DNA of 64,000 nt from Acidimicrobiia bacterium (GCA_965203555.1 CBDBCY010000004.1:896001-960000); one strand, 5' to 3'; positions 41,040 through 51,535 are shown, counted from the first letter of the stretch. Numbers and translations: made by a program. The notes: a model not told the origin generated them from the sequence alone.

Positions 41040-43505
41040 ATGGCGCGTCCCGAACACCTCCGTCAGACTTTGGGGAACAGGATGGGGAAACGGAGAGGGC
41101 AGCACCGAATCGTCATCTCCGCAATCCTGCTGCTGGTGTTGTTCGCCGCCGCCTGCGGGGGCGACGATGTGGCCTCCTGGGACTCGGAGAGCGCCGTGAC
41201 TGGGGCGCCGGCCACGACCGCGGCGGCGCGTCCGGAGGCGACGATTGCTGCCTCCGCCTCCGCAACCCCGGAGGCGACAATGGCGGACGTGGCCGAGGAG
41301 CAGGCCATGGCGGCGCTGGATGAGGTCCAGATGGCTCTGGCGGAGGATGAACCGGCAGCAGTGGAAGCAGCCGAATCGGCGGCAATGGCAGCAGAGTCAG
41401 CGGAAGCAGAGATGGCGCTCGATGAAGCCATGGCCGAGGAGGCGCCGGCCGAAGGGGAGGCGGAGGCCGATGTCAGTTCCGTTGACGACAGCACCTCCGC
41501 AGCCAGAGTGGTAGAGTTGTCGACCGCCAACTCCCCGGCCGCCTTCGGGCGCGATGTCATCTATCGGGCCCGGGTTTCCGTGGAGGCGCCGGATGTGGCG
41601 GCCGCCACCAACGAGGCCATCTCCATCGTCCAGGGTCTGGGCGGGTTCGTGTTCGGTCAGCAGACGCGCTCCAGGCCGTCGGCCTACTCGGAGATCGTCT
41701 TCAAGGTGCTGCCGGAGGACTTCTCCGTGGCGCTGTCAAGGCTATCCCAGATAGGTGAACTGGTGGACCAGCAGATCAGCGCCGACGACGTGACCGAACG
41801 CATCGTCGACCTCCAAAGCCAGATCATCACCGCCGAAGCCAGCGTGGGCCGCCTGCGCAGCTTCCTGGAGACCGCCACCAACCTGGAAAACCTGGCCTTC
41901 TACGAGCGAGAACTGCTGATCAGGGAAACCGACCTGGAGAGGCTGCGAGGCCAGGTGCGCACCTTGCAGGATCAGGTTGCCCTGGCCACTATCACCCTGG
42001 CGATCAGCCAGTTGCCCGAGCGCCCCGTCATTCTTCCCAACACCGGGCTCGTGGTCACGGCCTGGGCTTCCACCGGCAACGAGGATCCCTGTCTGGGCGC
42101 CAAGGACCTCACGGTGGGACGTGACGACACGGTCAACTTCTGCGTGGAAGTGGCCAACGTGGGAGAGGTCACGCTCAACGACGTGGAACTCTCCTCGGAC
42201 GTCCTGCCCCTGGACGCCAACCCCTTCGTGATCGAACGAGGAAGCTTCGAGCGGATCGAGCCCGGGCAGTTCCTCACCGCCACGCTCACCGAGGAGGTGG
42301 TTAAGGGTCGCCTCGCCGATCGAATAGCGACCCGCGGCCTACCGGTACGCATCGAGTCCACCGCTTCTCCGGAGGGGGTGGAAGGCACTCCGGGAGTTAT
42401 CTCCGACACAACCCGAGTGGTCGTCACCGCCCAGGAGGTGATCCCCCACACCGCAGTCCTGGTTCATGCCTGGGTCTCCACCGACGATGACGACCCCTGC
42501 CTGGGCGCCAAGACCATCACGGTCGAGCCGGACGACGGGATCGTGAACCTCTGTGTGTTCGTGGGCAACCCCGGCGACGTCGCCATCACGGATGTACAAA
42601 TCCAATCCCCGGCCCTGGACCTGGACGCCAACCCGCTGGTCATCGAACACGGCAGTTTCGAGCGGATAGAAGCCAGGCAATTCCTCACCGCCACCCTCAC
42701 CGAGCGTGTCTCCAAGGGACGATTCAACGGACGGGTGGCCACCAGGGGTCTGGACATAGAGATCAGGTCGGTGGCAACTCCCGTGGACGCCGACGGCACC
42801 CCCCTGGAGAAGGTCGCCGACACCACCGGAGTCTCACTGACCGCCCAAGAAGTGCTTCCCGACACCCGCATGGTGGTATCAGCATGGGCCTCCGCCGGCA
42901 ATGACGACCCCTGCCTGGGATCGCAGACCATCTCTCTGGCGTCCGACGAGGACAAGGTGAACTTCTGTCTGGAGATAGGCAACCTGGGCGACACCGCTCT
43001 CACCGACATCAGGATCGGATCTCACAGCCTCCGTCTGGGCGAGAACCCCTTCGTACCCGAACACGGAGACTTCGATCGCATCGAGCCCGGGCAGTTCCTC
43101 ACCGCCACCCTCACCGAGTCCGTCGAGAACGGTCGCATGGCCGGTCGGCTCGCCATCCGCGGCATCAATGTGGCGGTCGAAGTCACGGCCACCCCGGTGG
43201 ACACCGAAGGCGCCGTCCTGGAAGACACTTCCGCCTTTGCCCCCGTCTCGGTGGATGTGCTGACCGGCCCACCGGACGATGGGCCACCTTCCGGGTTCGG
43301 TGACGCCCTCGGCGCCAGCATGGACGCGCTGGTTTCAGTTCTGGGTGGTCTGGCAGTGGTGGTCGGGGCTTTGATCCCGTTTTCGCCGTTCATCGCCCTG
43401 CTGCTGGCCATCTGGTGGTGGGTACGCCGACGCCAGGGCCGCAACCAGGCTTCCGGCCCACCGGCGCCAGCGGATTCGGCGCCTTCTTCCCCGGTTGACG
43501 AATAG
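41040..43505 (+). CDS. DUF4349-domain lipoprotein with three ~137-aa internal repeats and C-terminal TM
   Basis: Lipobox AAAC; DDVTERIVDLQSQI...DQVALATITL coiled coil; repeats; TM LIPFSPFIALLLAIWWWVRRR; TATGAT 6 nt before ATG. Confidence 0.85.
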   Translation: MARPEHLRQTLGNRMGKRRGQHRIVISAILLLVLFAAACGGDDVASWDSESAVTGAPATTAAARPEATIAASASATPEATMADVAEEQAMAALDEVQMALAEDEPAAVEAAESAAMAAESAEAEMALDEAMAEEAPAEGEAEADVSSVDDSTSAARVVELSTANSPAAFGRDVIYRARVSVEAPDVAAATNEAISIVQGLGGFVFGQQTRSRPSAYSEIVFKVLPEDFSVALSRLSQIGELVDQQISADDVTERIVDLQSQIITAEASVGRLRSFLETATNLENLAFYERELLIRETDLERLRGQVRTLQDQVALATITLAISQLPERPVILPNTGLVVTAWASTGNEDPCLGAKDLTVGRDDTVNFCVEVANVGEVTLNDVELSSDVLPLDANPFVIERGSFERIEPGQFLTATLTEEVVKGRLADRIATRGLPVRIESTASPEGVEGTPGVISDTTRVVVTAQEVIPHTAVLVHAWVSTDDDDPCLGAKTITVEPDDGIVNLCVFVGNPGDVAITDVQIQSPALDLDANPLVIEHGSFERIEARQFLTATLTERVSKGRFNGRVATRGLDIEIRSVATPVDADGTPLEKVADTTGVSLTAQEVLPDTRMVVSAWASAGNDDPCLGSQTISLASDEDKVNFCLEIGNLGDTALTDIRIGSHSLRLGENPFVPEHGDFDRIEPGQFLTATLTESVENGRMAGRLAIRGINVAVEVTATPVDTEGAVLEDTSAFAPVSVDVLTGPPDDGPPSGFGDALGASMDALVSVLGGLAVVVGALIPFSPFIALLLAIWWWVRRRQGRNQASGPPAPADSAPSSPVDE
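42036..43265 (+). repeat. Three intragenic domain repeats (408 and 414 nt periods)
   Basis: Units start at 42036, 42444, 42858; each has AW.S...DPCLG, N[FL]C..V.N.G, G.F.RIE..QFLTATLTE, GR...R.A.RG. Confidence 0.9.
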
Positions 43506-43774
43506 GAAACCCCGGGGGAGGTTCCACCCTCAATAACCGATCCGGTCATTTCCGAGAGCCTTGTCCCTCGGCCGGACAGAACAGGATGGCTCGGCGTTCT
43601 TCGATAACACCCGACTCGACCCTGGACAGCATCTTCTCGTAACGGAAGACTGCCAGCGGAGAGACCGTTTTCCACCTTGGAGAACCCACAGAAATATCCC
43701 CCTCACATATACGGCCAACCTCCCTATAAAATTGTTGGCGCCGGGGGTCGTCTCCCTGGTAGAGAGGCAGATGA

Positions 43775-44617
43775 ATGCCAAGACTGCGTTTCCGGCGCCT
43801 TCGGGAAAGGAAGGGAGGTTGCCGGGCGCGACGCATCCTCCTGCCGGCCCTGATCGTTTTCGTTCTTCTCCTGCTTGGCGCTTGTGGAGGAAACGATGAG
43901 CCGCTCAACACCCCGCAAACGTCCGACACCTCTGCCGTCGCCCCCAAACCGGCATCTGCCGCCGAGGCCACCGATCAAGCGATGGACAACGCCCAGTCGG
44001 GCGCTGCTTCTTCAAGGGATGGGAGAATGCCCGACAACGGCATCACCCTGAAGGCTTCCGTGGCGGACAACGTCGATGAGGCCTGCGTCGGGGCCAAAGA
44101 GATAACAGTCGAACCCGACGCTCTTCTGTTCTTCTGCGTGCAGGTGGCCAACCAGGGCAGGATCCCACTAGCCGATGTCGAGATACTGTCCCAGGACCGG
44201 CATCTCGACCTGGGTACGTTCATCATTGCGGACGGTGACTCCACCAGGATCGATCCGGACGGATTGCTGATAGCGACCTTAGTCGAGCCCGTCGTGGACG
44301 GGCGGCTGGCGGGGCAGATAGCCAGGGACGGACTCGAAGTGTTGCTGGAGGCCAGTGCGATTCCGGTGAACGCCGACGGCGTGGAAATGGAGGAGCTCTT
44401 CGCCAATTCCAGAATCCTCGTCCAGGTCCAGGAAGATGACTCCCCAACGGGGTTCAGGACGGCGATGGGTGCAGGCGTCGACACGCTCTTGTCCTACGCA
44501 AACCGCTTCCCGTTGGTGCTGGGCTTCACTGTGCTGCTGCTGCCGGTCCTCGGTTTGGCGGTCGCCACGGTCTGTTGGGTTTGGGGTAGGCGCAAGGCTG
44601 GGAGGGCGCCCACCTAA
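43775..44617 (+). CDS. Lipoprotein with one copy of the same repeat and a C-terminal TM
   Basis: Lipobox LGAC; EACVGAKEITVEPD..FFCVQVANQG..IATLVE..GRLAGQIARDGL. Confidence 0.8.
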   Translation: MPRLRFRRLRERKGGCRARRILLPALIVFVLLLLGACGGNDEPLNTPQTSDTSAVAPKPASAAEATDQAMDNAQSGAASSRDGRMPDNGITLKASVADNVDEACVGAKEITVEPDALLFFCVQVANQGRIPLADVEILSQDRHLDLGTFIIADGDSTRIDPDGLLIATLVEPVVDGRLAGQIARDGLEVLLEASAIPVNADGVEMEELFANSRILVQVQEDDSPTGFRTAMGAGVDTLLSYANRFPLVLGFTVLLLPVLGLAVATVCWVWGRRKAGRAPT

Positions 44618-44741
44618 CTGCTCAACGATTGCCGGGCTATGCCAATCAGAGTCAAGTGATCGCGATGCAGGGACCACATCGGTCCCCCACCTCGGATACC
44701 ACCTGCGTCTTGACGCCACCTGTGACAATAGGACCCAACGT

Positions 44742-44771
44742 TATTATCGTTTTGGCAACAAAACAATAATA
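44742..44771. promoter_or_regulatory. Palindromic operator candidate upstream of fic
   Basis: TATTATCGTTTTG-GCAA-CAAAACAATAATA, 12/13 arm match. Confidence 0.6.
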
Positions 44772-44783
44772 CTTGAGGTTCTT

Positions 44784-45965
44784 ATGGTCGTCCACGGCAA
44801 AAGACAACAACAATGGACAGCCGGAGTGACCAGAAGAACACTGCAGGGATATCGGGCGTTCTTTCCTGCAGCCTTGCCCGTTTCTCTCGACTATCCACAA
44901 CAGACAGTGAGAAAACTGGTGAACGCAACCGCGGCGCTCCACCGCTTGGAGGGTGTGGCGCAGGTACTTACATCGATTGAGATGCTCACTTCACCTTACA
45001 TTCGACTTGAAGCCGTCCTTAGTTCTCGGATCGAGGGAACCGTAACCACCGTTAACCAACTGCTTGAGTTCGAGGCAGCCGGCAACGTCAAGGCTTCCGA
45101 TGATCTCAGGGAGGTACTCAACCACGTCCGCGCCCTTGAACACGCCGTTCGTCGCCTGGTAGAGCTACCCGTCAGTACTCGGTTGATTCGGGAGTGTCAC
45201 CGCATATTGATGCAGGATGCGCGCGGCCACCACGCTACACCCGGTGACTATCGGACAACCCGGAATTGGATCGGCCGATTGGGCGCAACCTTGGAGACCG
45301 CCAGTTTCGTTCCACCACCGCCGTCGGAAGCAAAGGCTGCAATGGGCGAACTGGAGATCTTTCTTCACGACCGACAGTTGCCCGACCTGATCGCCATAGG
45401 CTTGGCGCACTACCAATTTGAGGTCATCCACCCCTTTGCAGACGGCAATGGTCGAATTGGGAGGCTGCTGCTCATTCTCATGTTGATCGAGAGGGGGATT
45501 CTGAGCCGTCCGGTGCTCTACCCCTCAGTTTTTTTCGAATAGCGCCGTGAGGACTATTACCGGCTCCTGGGACACACCAGCCAGACTTCCGACCCCTTTC
45601 CCTGGCTCAACTTCTTTCTCGATGGGCTGGCAGCGGTGGCTCGCGATGCTGCCAAAAGGGCTGAACGCCTTGTCGAACTCCAGCAAGACATTCGTGGGCA
45701 ACTCCTCGACGCACGGGCAACCTCAACAGCTCTCAGATTGGCTGAAATGTTGTACGCCCATCCCTTCACCAGCGTGGGGGGCGCCGCACACCGTCTCGGA
45801 GTCTCCTACGCCACTGCGCAGCGAGCCATAGACAACCTAACCGACGCCGGTCTCTTGGAGGAGATCACTGGCCGGCGTCGCAACCGCCTATACGCGGCGG
45901 AGAAGATACTCCACATCGCATTCAGCTTCGGCGACTTTCCCGTCGAGGACGATCAGGCATTCTGA
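44784..45965 (+). pseudogene. Fic family protein (Fic_N + Fic + wHTH) interrupted by in-frame TAG at 45540-45542
   Basis: EAVLSSRIEG, HPFADGNGRIGR; FFE*RREDYYRLL continues in frame into ORF 45636..45965 (LEEITGRRRNRLY). Confidence 0.85.
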
Positions 45966-46017
45966 ATCAGATGTAGGCGCAATGATCAACCTCGTGGGAA
46001 TGGCAGCAACTTTGCGA

Positions 46018-46896
46018 TCAGCCCACGACCAGGGGAACAATTTCCGATACCGGGTAGTCGACGGTGGACGAGGTATTTGGGATGCCGAGATTCCTTCGCC
46101 GGCTCCCCACCCGATACCAGCCCGACCACCTGAACGATGTCTCGATCCGGTAGGCGCCGATCTCGGCCCGGCACCGGGGCTTTGACTCCTCACAGCTCTT
46201 GGCCTGGTAGGTATGGCTCGCTACCCCGCTCGGATAGCCGGTGAGACCTGACAGATCCGAGCCGCGAAACCTCTGTCGGGGGCCGTCATCCCAGGCGATC
46301 ATCACCTCACGAACCCTGACCTCCGCCCAGAGCGACCTTCCCGTGTAAGGAGAGGTGGAAGAGTAGGTCCAAGGGGAAGGAACGTCCAATGCGGCAAACG
46401 TTTCAATCCCGACCATCCCCCGCGAAACGGGCGGATCGAGGGACACTTGGGGAGATTGATGGGTGTAGGCGCCGATCCTGCTCCACACATAGCCCTCGAT
46501 CTCCTCGGCCTCCACCCTTGTCCAGGAGCAAGGTCGAGCCGTACCGATCACGGTGTGCCCGCCCGGCCTCCCGTCAGGCGACCATCCGTACTCGAGTTGA
46601 CCGTCCTCGGTGTAGTCCAGTCTTACCCATCGGGTGGGCCGACTGCCGAAATAGAAGCACCCATTGGAGGCGATCTGCAAATGGGAAACGCCGGAGTCCC
46701 CCGAAATGGAGTACCCCGTCTCGGTGTGAATGCATTCGGTCACGGGTTCGAGTTCGTCTCCATTGAGCGGCATTTCAAAACTCACCGTGCAAACCGCCTC
46801 CGAGTAGGAACGGGAGTCGGCCAGGCCGGGTACCGCAACCGACAGCACCGCCAGGAAGGCGATCCCCATCCTCCCCCATCCACGGCTTCTCCTCAC
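46018..46896 (-). CDS. Secreted Cys-containing protein with C-terminal PKD-like beta domain
   Basis: Signal peptide AVLSVAVPGLA; P..RGMVGIETF, WDDG, SHTYQAKS, YPVSEIVPLVV. Confidence 0.7.
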   Translation of the reverse strand: MRRSRGWGRMGIAFLAVLSVAVPGLADSRSYSEAVCTVSFEMPLNGDELEPVTECIHTETGYSISGDSGVSHLQIASNGCFYFGSRPTRWVRLDYTEDGQLEYGWSPDGRPGGHTVIGTARPCSWTRVEAEEIEGYVWSRIGAYTHQSPQVSLDPPVSRGMVGIETFAALDVPSPWTYSSTSPYTGRSLWAEVRVREVMIAWDDGPRQRFRGSDLSGLTGYPSGVASHTYQAKSCEESKPRCRAEIGAYRIETSFRWSGWYRVGSRRRNLGIPNTSSTVDYPVSEIVPLVVG

Positions 46897-47780
46897 GGGA
46901 ATTCAGGTCTCTCCGCAACAAAGCAGTTCTCCCACCACATTCCATAGATGATGGGCCACCCAAAAGAGACGTTTCGACGCCATCCATACTGCGGGTGAGG
47001 CCACAAGATCGTTATCCGTTCAATAAGACCGCTCTCTCGAAAAGAACTGATGTCCATCTGGTAGGCCGCCACCAGACAGTCGGGACGGTCGATATACAGT
47101 TCCAGGACCTCGACCTTCACGCCCTCCAAGGTCGGCGGAGCAATGAAGGTCATCCCCTCCATAGCCGTCAAACCTCTCTCGAATGCACGCTCTCTGGTCA
47201 CCGCTTCCCAGAGTGCCTCGGGATCTTTGCGATAGATACCGTCGTACCACTTGAAATAGACCTTTCTCAGCTGTTCTGCGGCGTAGAGCATCCGTTCGGG
47301 ATCATCCACCGGCGGGGTTGCGGGATCGGGCAACCCAAGATCCTCCCAGTAGTCATTGGCCATAACGGCGCCGGGCTCCGTAATCAGCCGCCCTTCCGCC
47401 TCCTGCGTCGTAGTAACGGCAATTGCTTCAACAGGCGCCTCGGAGAGTTTCTCGTTTGCCGTCAACGGATTCGATCCGGTTGAGGTCGCCGACGGACCGG
47501 CCGGGATGGTTGTCGGCACGGTCGGAGAGGCGATTGTGTTGACCGCCGCAGTGGTTACTGTTTCGACGATATTGGTGGTGACGATGTTGCCGGACACCGC
47601 CTCCTCCACAATGGAAGTGTCATCTCCGGGTCTGTCCTGGGTCCCGGAGGTTGAGGCGGGGACGGTGGATGTCCACTCGGGCCCGGAGGGAGAATCCGAA
47701 CTCCCACATCCACTGACCACCATGGCTGACAGTCCTCCTGCCATAAGTGCGGTTGTCAGCCGCTTCGTCCCAGCCTTCAT
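46893..47780 (-). CDS. Lipoprotein with Thr/Pro-rich linker and small C-terminal domain
   Basis: Lipobox VSGC; RBS GGAGG; GTGA overlap with downstream gene. Confidence 0.75.
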   Translation of the reverse strand: MKAGTKRLTTALMAGGLSAMVVSGCGSSDSPSGPEWTSTVPASTSGTQDRPGDDTSIVEEAVSGNIVTTNIVETVTTAAVNTIASPTVPTTIPAGPSATSTGSNPLTANEKLSEAPVEAIAVTTTQEAEGRLITEPGAVMANDYWEDLGLPDPATPPVDDPERMLYAAEQLRKVYFKWYDGIYRKDPEALWEAVTRERAFERGLTAMEGMTFIAPPTLEGVKVEVLELYIDRPDCLVAAYQMDISSFRESGLIERITILWPHPQYGWRRNVSFGWPIIYGMWWENCFVAERPEFP

Positions 47781-47858
47781 GTGCCCTCCTCTCTGGTGGT
47801 GAAATAGAAATCTAACTGGATGTTGTCATTCTGTAATCACTATAACTATGGCGTTATA

Positions 47859-47884
47859 TCGCGATCTTTTGTAAAAAATCGCGA
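47859..47884. promoter_or_regulatory. Palindrome between pepA and lipoprotein operon (operator or terminator)
   Basis: TCGCGATCTTTT-GT-AAAAAATCGCGA in an AT-rich spacer. Confidence 0.45.
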
Positions 47885-47899
47885 CTCAGTTGAAGGAGC

Positions 47900-49357
47900 T
47901 CAGTTTTCAGCCATCTGCGAAGCCAGTTGCACCAGGGTTCTCACTCCGAATCCGGTGGCACCCTCCGACAGGTAGTGGGCAGCTTTGCTGTTCTTGGCCG
48001 GCCCCGGAATATCCAGATGGGCCCACGGGAGATCGGAGGTGAACTCCTTCAGGATCAGCGCGGCGGTGATGGCCCCCGCCCACCGCCCACCGATATTTTT
48101 CATGTCGGCGACCGGAGAGTCAATCAGCTTGCGGTACTCCGGCGGAAGCGGCAGCGGCCAGACCTTCTCGCCTGCTGCTTCGGCTGCTTCCTGCACTGCC
48201 CGGCGAGCTTCCTCGGAGCCGAACAACCCCGCCCACTCCAGGCCCAACGCAACGGCGCAGGCACCGGTGAGAGTCGCCACATCGACCATCAGATCGGGTT
48301 CTCCCTCGGCGGCCAGGCTCAGCGCATCCGCCAGCACCAGCCGACCCTCGGCGTCGGTGTTCATCACCTCCACCGTCTTCCCGTTGCGAGCGGTGAAGAC
48401 ATCCCCCGGGCGGGATGCTCCCCCACCCGGCATGTTCTCGGCCAGGGCGGCCAGGACTTCCACCTGCACACCCAGGCCCAGGCGACTGATCGCCACCCCG
48501 GCCGCAGCCACCGCCGCCGCCCCTGACATGTCGTACTTCATAAACTCCATGCTCTTGGCTGGCTTGAGGGAAAGTCCGCCCGAATCGAAAGTGATACCCT
48601 TTCCCACCAGCGACAGTCGAGGACCCTCGCCCGGTCCCAAGAGCCTGACCAGGCGAGGCGGACGGTGAGATCCCCGACCGACGAAGAGAATCCCTTCCAT
48701 TCCTTCTTCTTCCAGGCGCTCCTCATCCCATATTTCCACTGTCATCCCCGCCTCGGACGCCGCCGCCGACATCAGAGCCGCCAGATCAGCCGGTCCCTGG
48801 TCAAGGGCAGGTTGGTTGATCCAGTCCCGCGCGGCCGCTACCGCCTCGGCCACTATCCTGGATCGTTCGACCTGTCCGGTCCAATCCGGTGGGACGGGAG
48901 CTGCCATTAGCACCTCGGGCAGAGGGTCCTCGGAGGGCTTGCTCCGGTAGGCGTCGTACCGGTAGCCGGCCAGAAGGGACCCCTCCACTGTGGCGGCCAA
49001 AGCCCCGGGCGTCGCCAACTGATGAAGAGTGGTGACCAGGCGCTCCGTTCGCGGAGCGGCCCGCAGACCGCTTGCTGAAGCCCGGCGCACTGTCTCGTGG
49101 TCCGGGTCATCGCCTATGCCTACCAAAACAACGAAGGCGTATGAAAGCGCTCCGGCCGTCGGAAGGACCGCCTGTTGGCCCGCCTCTCCGGAGAACCCCA
49201 CAGCTTCCAGGTGATCATCCACCCATGAGCCAAGTCCATCAAGTACGTATTGGGCGCCCGGCCCGGGCCGGCGATCAGATTTCATCGGAACCACCAGCAC
49301 CGGCGCCTCTCCGTCTGCGACGGCTGCCGCCGAACCAATATGTGGAAGTTTTGTCAT
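47900..49357 (-). CDS. pepA: Leucyl aminopeptidase (M17)
   Basis: VGKGITFDSGG, MKYDMSGAA, NTDAEGRLVLAD, WAHLDI. Confidence 0.95.
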   Translation of the reverse strand: MTKLPHIGSAAAVADGEAPVLVVPMKSDRRPGPGAQYVLDGLGSWVDDHLEAVGFSGEAGQQAVLPTAGALSYAFVVLVGIGDDPDHETVRRASASGLRAAPRTERLVTTLHQLATPGALAATVEGSLLAGYRYDAYRSKPSEDPLPEVLMAAPVPPDWTGQVERSRIVAEAVAAARDWINQPALDQGPADLAALMSAAASEAGMTVEIWDEERLEEEGMEGILFVGRGSHRPPRLVRLLGPGEGPRLSLVGKGITFDSGGLSLKPAKSMEFMKYDMSGAAAVAAAGVAISRLGLGVQVEVLAALAENMPGGGASRPGDVFTARNGKTVEVMNTDAEGRLVLADALSLAAEGEPDLMVDVATLTGACAVALGLEWAGLFGSEEARRAVQEAAEAAGEKVWPLPLPPEYRKLIDSPVADMKNIGGRWAGAITAALILKEFTSDLPWAHLDIPGPAKNSKAAHYLSEGATGFGVRTLVQLASQMAEN

Positions 49358-49415
49358 ACGCTCACCTTACTCTTTTTTCCGTGCCGGTTGTGTGACTGTT
49401 CTGACCGGACAGCGA

Positions 49416-50609
49416 CTAACCGTACACCATCTGTTTGAGCCACCCACGGAGGGGACGCCAGGCCACCGCGGCCACCGCGGCTATGGCTGCAATCAGCAGA
49501 AAGGAGGAGCGAGGGCCGACTAGCCCGGTCATCAGGGATGCGGTGGGCGGTCCGATGACCTGGGAGACGCGGACTCCCGCCACCCAGGTGAGCACCACCA
49601 GCCCCCGATAGGTAATCGAAGCGGATGCAATGGCATCCCGCTGCGCCAAGGTCACCACCAGCCCGAACCCCGCTCCCGCCAGCGCCAGGCCCACAGAGAC
49701 CATGGCTGCAAACCCCGCCGAAAAGACCACCATCAGACCGATCGACATCAGCCAGAGACCGACCGTCATCAACCGGCTCGATATCCGTCCCTTGATGAAC
49801 CGCAAAACACCCAAAGCCGTGACTATGGCCCCGGCCTGGAAAGCGGAGACCACCAGGCCCCTTCCGGCGCTGCCGGTGCCGAATGCGTCATCCAGGATCA
49901 GGGGAACCGCCGTCATCGAGGCGCCTGCGTTCACCATTACCCCCAAGCCGGTGACAGCCATGAGGCCCAGCAGATCCACACCGGTCCGCCTCCGATGCAT
50001 GTCCTCCCGAGCCGATCGGACATGACGCAGGGGAGAGGAAGCCGCCCCCTTGGGCCGACCCGCCTTCAACCGCAGGGCCCACAACCCGATGGGCGCCCCA
50101 GCCAGATAGATGAGAAAAGGACGGAAAGCGCCCCCTTCCGCAATGATGCCCGACAGAGCCGGCATGACCATCTGCACCATGAAGACGAACGCAAGGTTCA
50201 TTCCCAAAAAGCGCATCCGGTCCTTTTCGTCCTCGAAGAGTTCGCCGATCAACGCGATGGAAAGGCCCATGAGCCCAGGAGTTCCCAGACCCTGCAGCAG
50301 CCGCAGACCGATCAACATCGGAAAGGAACTGGCAAAGAAGCCGGCCGCGCCGAACAGCGTGAACGTCGCCACGCAAACCACCACCACTCGCCTCCCCCCA
50401 AAACGATCAGCCAGGTAGCCGACCAGCACGGCGGTCAGGATCCCGGGAAAGGAGACCGCGCCCTGGACCCATCCAACCACGGTGACCGACACCCCCAGGG
50501 CCTCGGCCAACTCGGGAAGAGCCGGAGACAGAGCCGGCAGTGTGGTAGTGGTCAGGCAACTGACCGAAACCAGGAGGGCAAATTGCTCTTTCCGAGTCCT
50601 CAGGCTCAT
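49416..50609 (-). CDS. MFS transporter, copy A
   Basis: PALPELA, GYLADRFGGRRV motif A, about 12 TMs. Confidence 0.9.
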   Translation of the reverse strand: MSLRTRKEQFALLVSVSCLTTTTLPALSPALPELAEALGVSVTVVGWVQGAVSFPGILTAVLVGYLADRFGGRRVVVVCVATFTLFGAAGFFASSFPMLIGLRLLQGLGTPGLMGLSIALIGELFEDEKDRMRFLGMNLAFVFMVQMVMPALSGIIAEGGAFRPFLIYLAGAPIGLWALRLKAGRPKGAASSPLRHVRSAREDMHRRRTGVDLLGLMAVTGLGVMVNAGASMTAVPLILDDAFGTGSAGRGLVVSAFQAGAIVTALGVLRFIKGRISSRLMTVGLWLMSIGLMVVFSAGFAAMVSVGLALAGAGFGLVVTLAQRDAIASASITYRGLVVLTWVAGVRVSQVIGPPTASLMTGLVGPRSSFLLIAAIAAVAAVAWRPLRGWLKQMVYG

Positions 50610-51535
50610 GTAAGACCCGAGCGAACCGGGCGCATGTTCACATCACCCGCAATGTTGGCGGCAACTCCCAGGGTGAGCAGAGCCAATCCCGATACGACTC
50701 CCAGTGTGAGTTGCTCATCCACCAACCACCACGAGGACAGCAGTCCCACCACGGGGGTAGCCATCAAGGACAGGTTGACTGAAATGGCCGGAAGGCGACG
50801 AAAGGCCTCCAACTGCCCCCACACCGCCACCGGAGTGGCCAGGGTTGTCTGGTACGCCACGATCAACACCACCCCCCAGGTCCACCGGATGTCAGGGATC
50901 CCCTCAACAATCACAGCCGCCACCAGAGCAGGAATCCCACCCGCCAGCAATTGCCAGGGAGTGGACGCCAGGGCGCTGGCGCCCCACTTGTGAGCCCGGA
51001 TGTAAACGGAAGTCCACGCCACAGACAGAGCGGCGCCCATCAACATGACGTAGCCCCAGATGATCCTGGGCTCGGACGCACTTATGGTCCCGGGATCCAA
51101 GACCATCACCAGTCCCGCCATCCCCACCGTCAATCCGGCCACCTGCATCCCTGACATCCTCTCTTTCAGAAAGACCATGGCGATCGGGACAGTCCACAGG
51201 GTGCCGGTCCAAACCAGGATGCCGGACCTACCGGGAGGAAGAAACTGAAGGGCGTAAAAGACCAGCACATAGATGACTCCCAACCGAAGAATGCCCAGTA
51301 TGGGAACGATCTTCCAGTCCTGGCGAGGAAAGGGAGCTCCCTGTCCGGCCAGCGCGTTCATAGCGAATCCCACCGCCGCCCCACCCCAGAAGCGAAAAGT
51401 CGCCAACCACAGGGGCGGGATGACGTCCACCCCCATGGCGATTACGGGCCAGTTGAAGCCCAGGCTGAGCACGACCGAACCCAAAAGCAAGTAATAGAAA
51501 AGCCGGGACGCCGAAGGTGAGGTGGCACTCAGCAT
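50606..51535 (-). CDS. EamA/DMT family transporter
   Basis: GFNWP, PPLWLATFRF, FLKER; two EamA repeats; overlaps MFS start. Confidence 0.9.
   Translation of the reverse strand: MLSATSPSASRLFYYLLLGSVVLSLGFNWPVIAMGVDVIPPLWLATFRFWGGAAVGFAMNALAGQGAPFPRQDWKIVPILGILRLGVIYVLVFYALQFLPPGRSGILVWTGTLWTVPIAMVFLKERMSGMQVAGLTVGMAGLVMVLDPGTISASEPRIIWGYVMLMGAALSVAWTSVYIRAHKWGASALASTPWQLLAGGIPALVAAVIVEGIPDIRWTWGVVLIVAYQTTLATPVAVWGQLEAFRRLPAISVNLSLMATPVVGLLSSWWLVDEQLTLGVVSGLALLTLGVAANIAGDVNMRPVRSGLT

Noticed and set aside
41200-41500. Ala/Glu/Met-rich quasi-repeats in the DUF4349 protein
   Set aside because: Ordinary low-complexity lipoprotein linker
43546-43720. Short minus-strand ORFs between the two repeat-protein genes
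   Set aside because: No motif, RBS or convincing start
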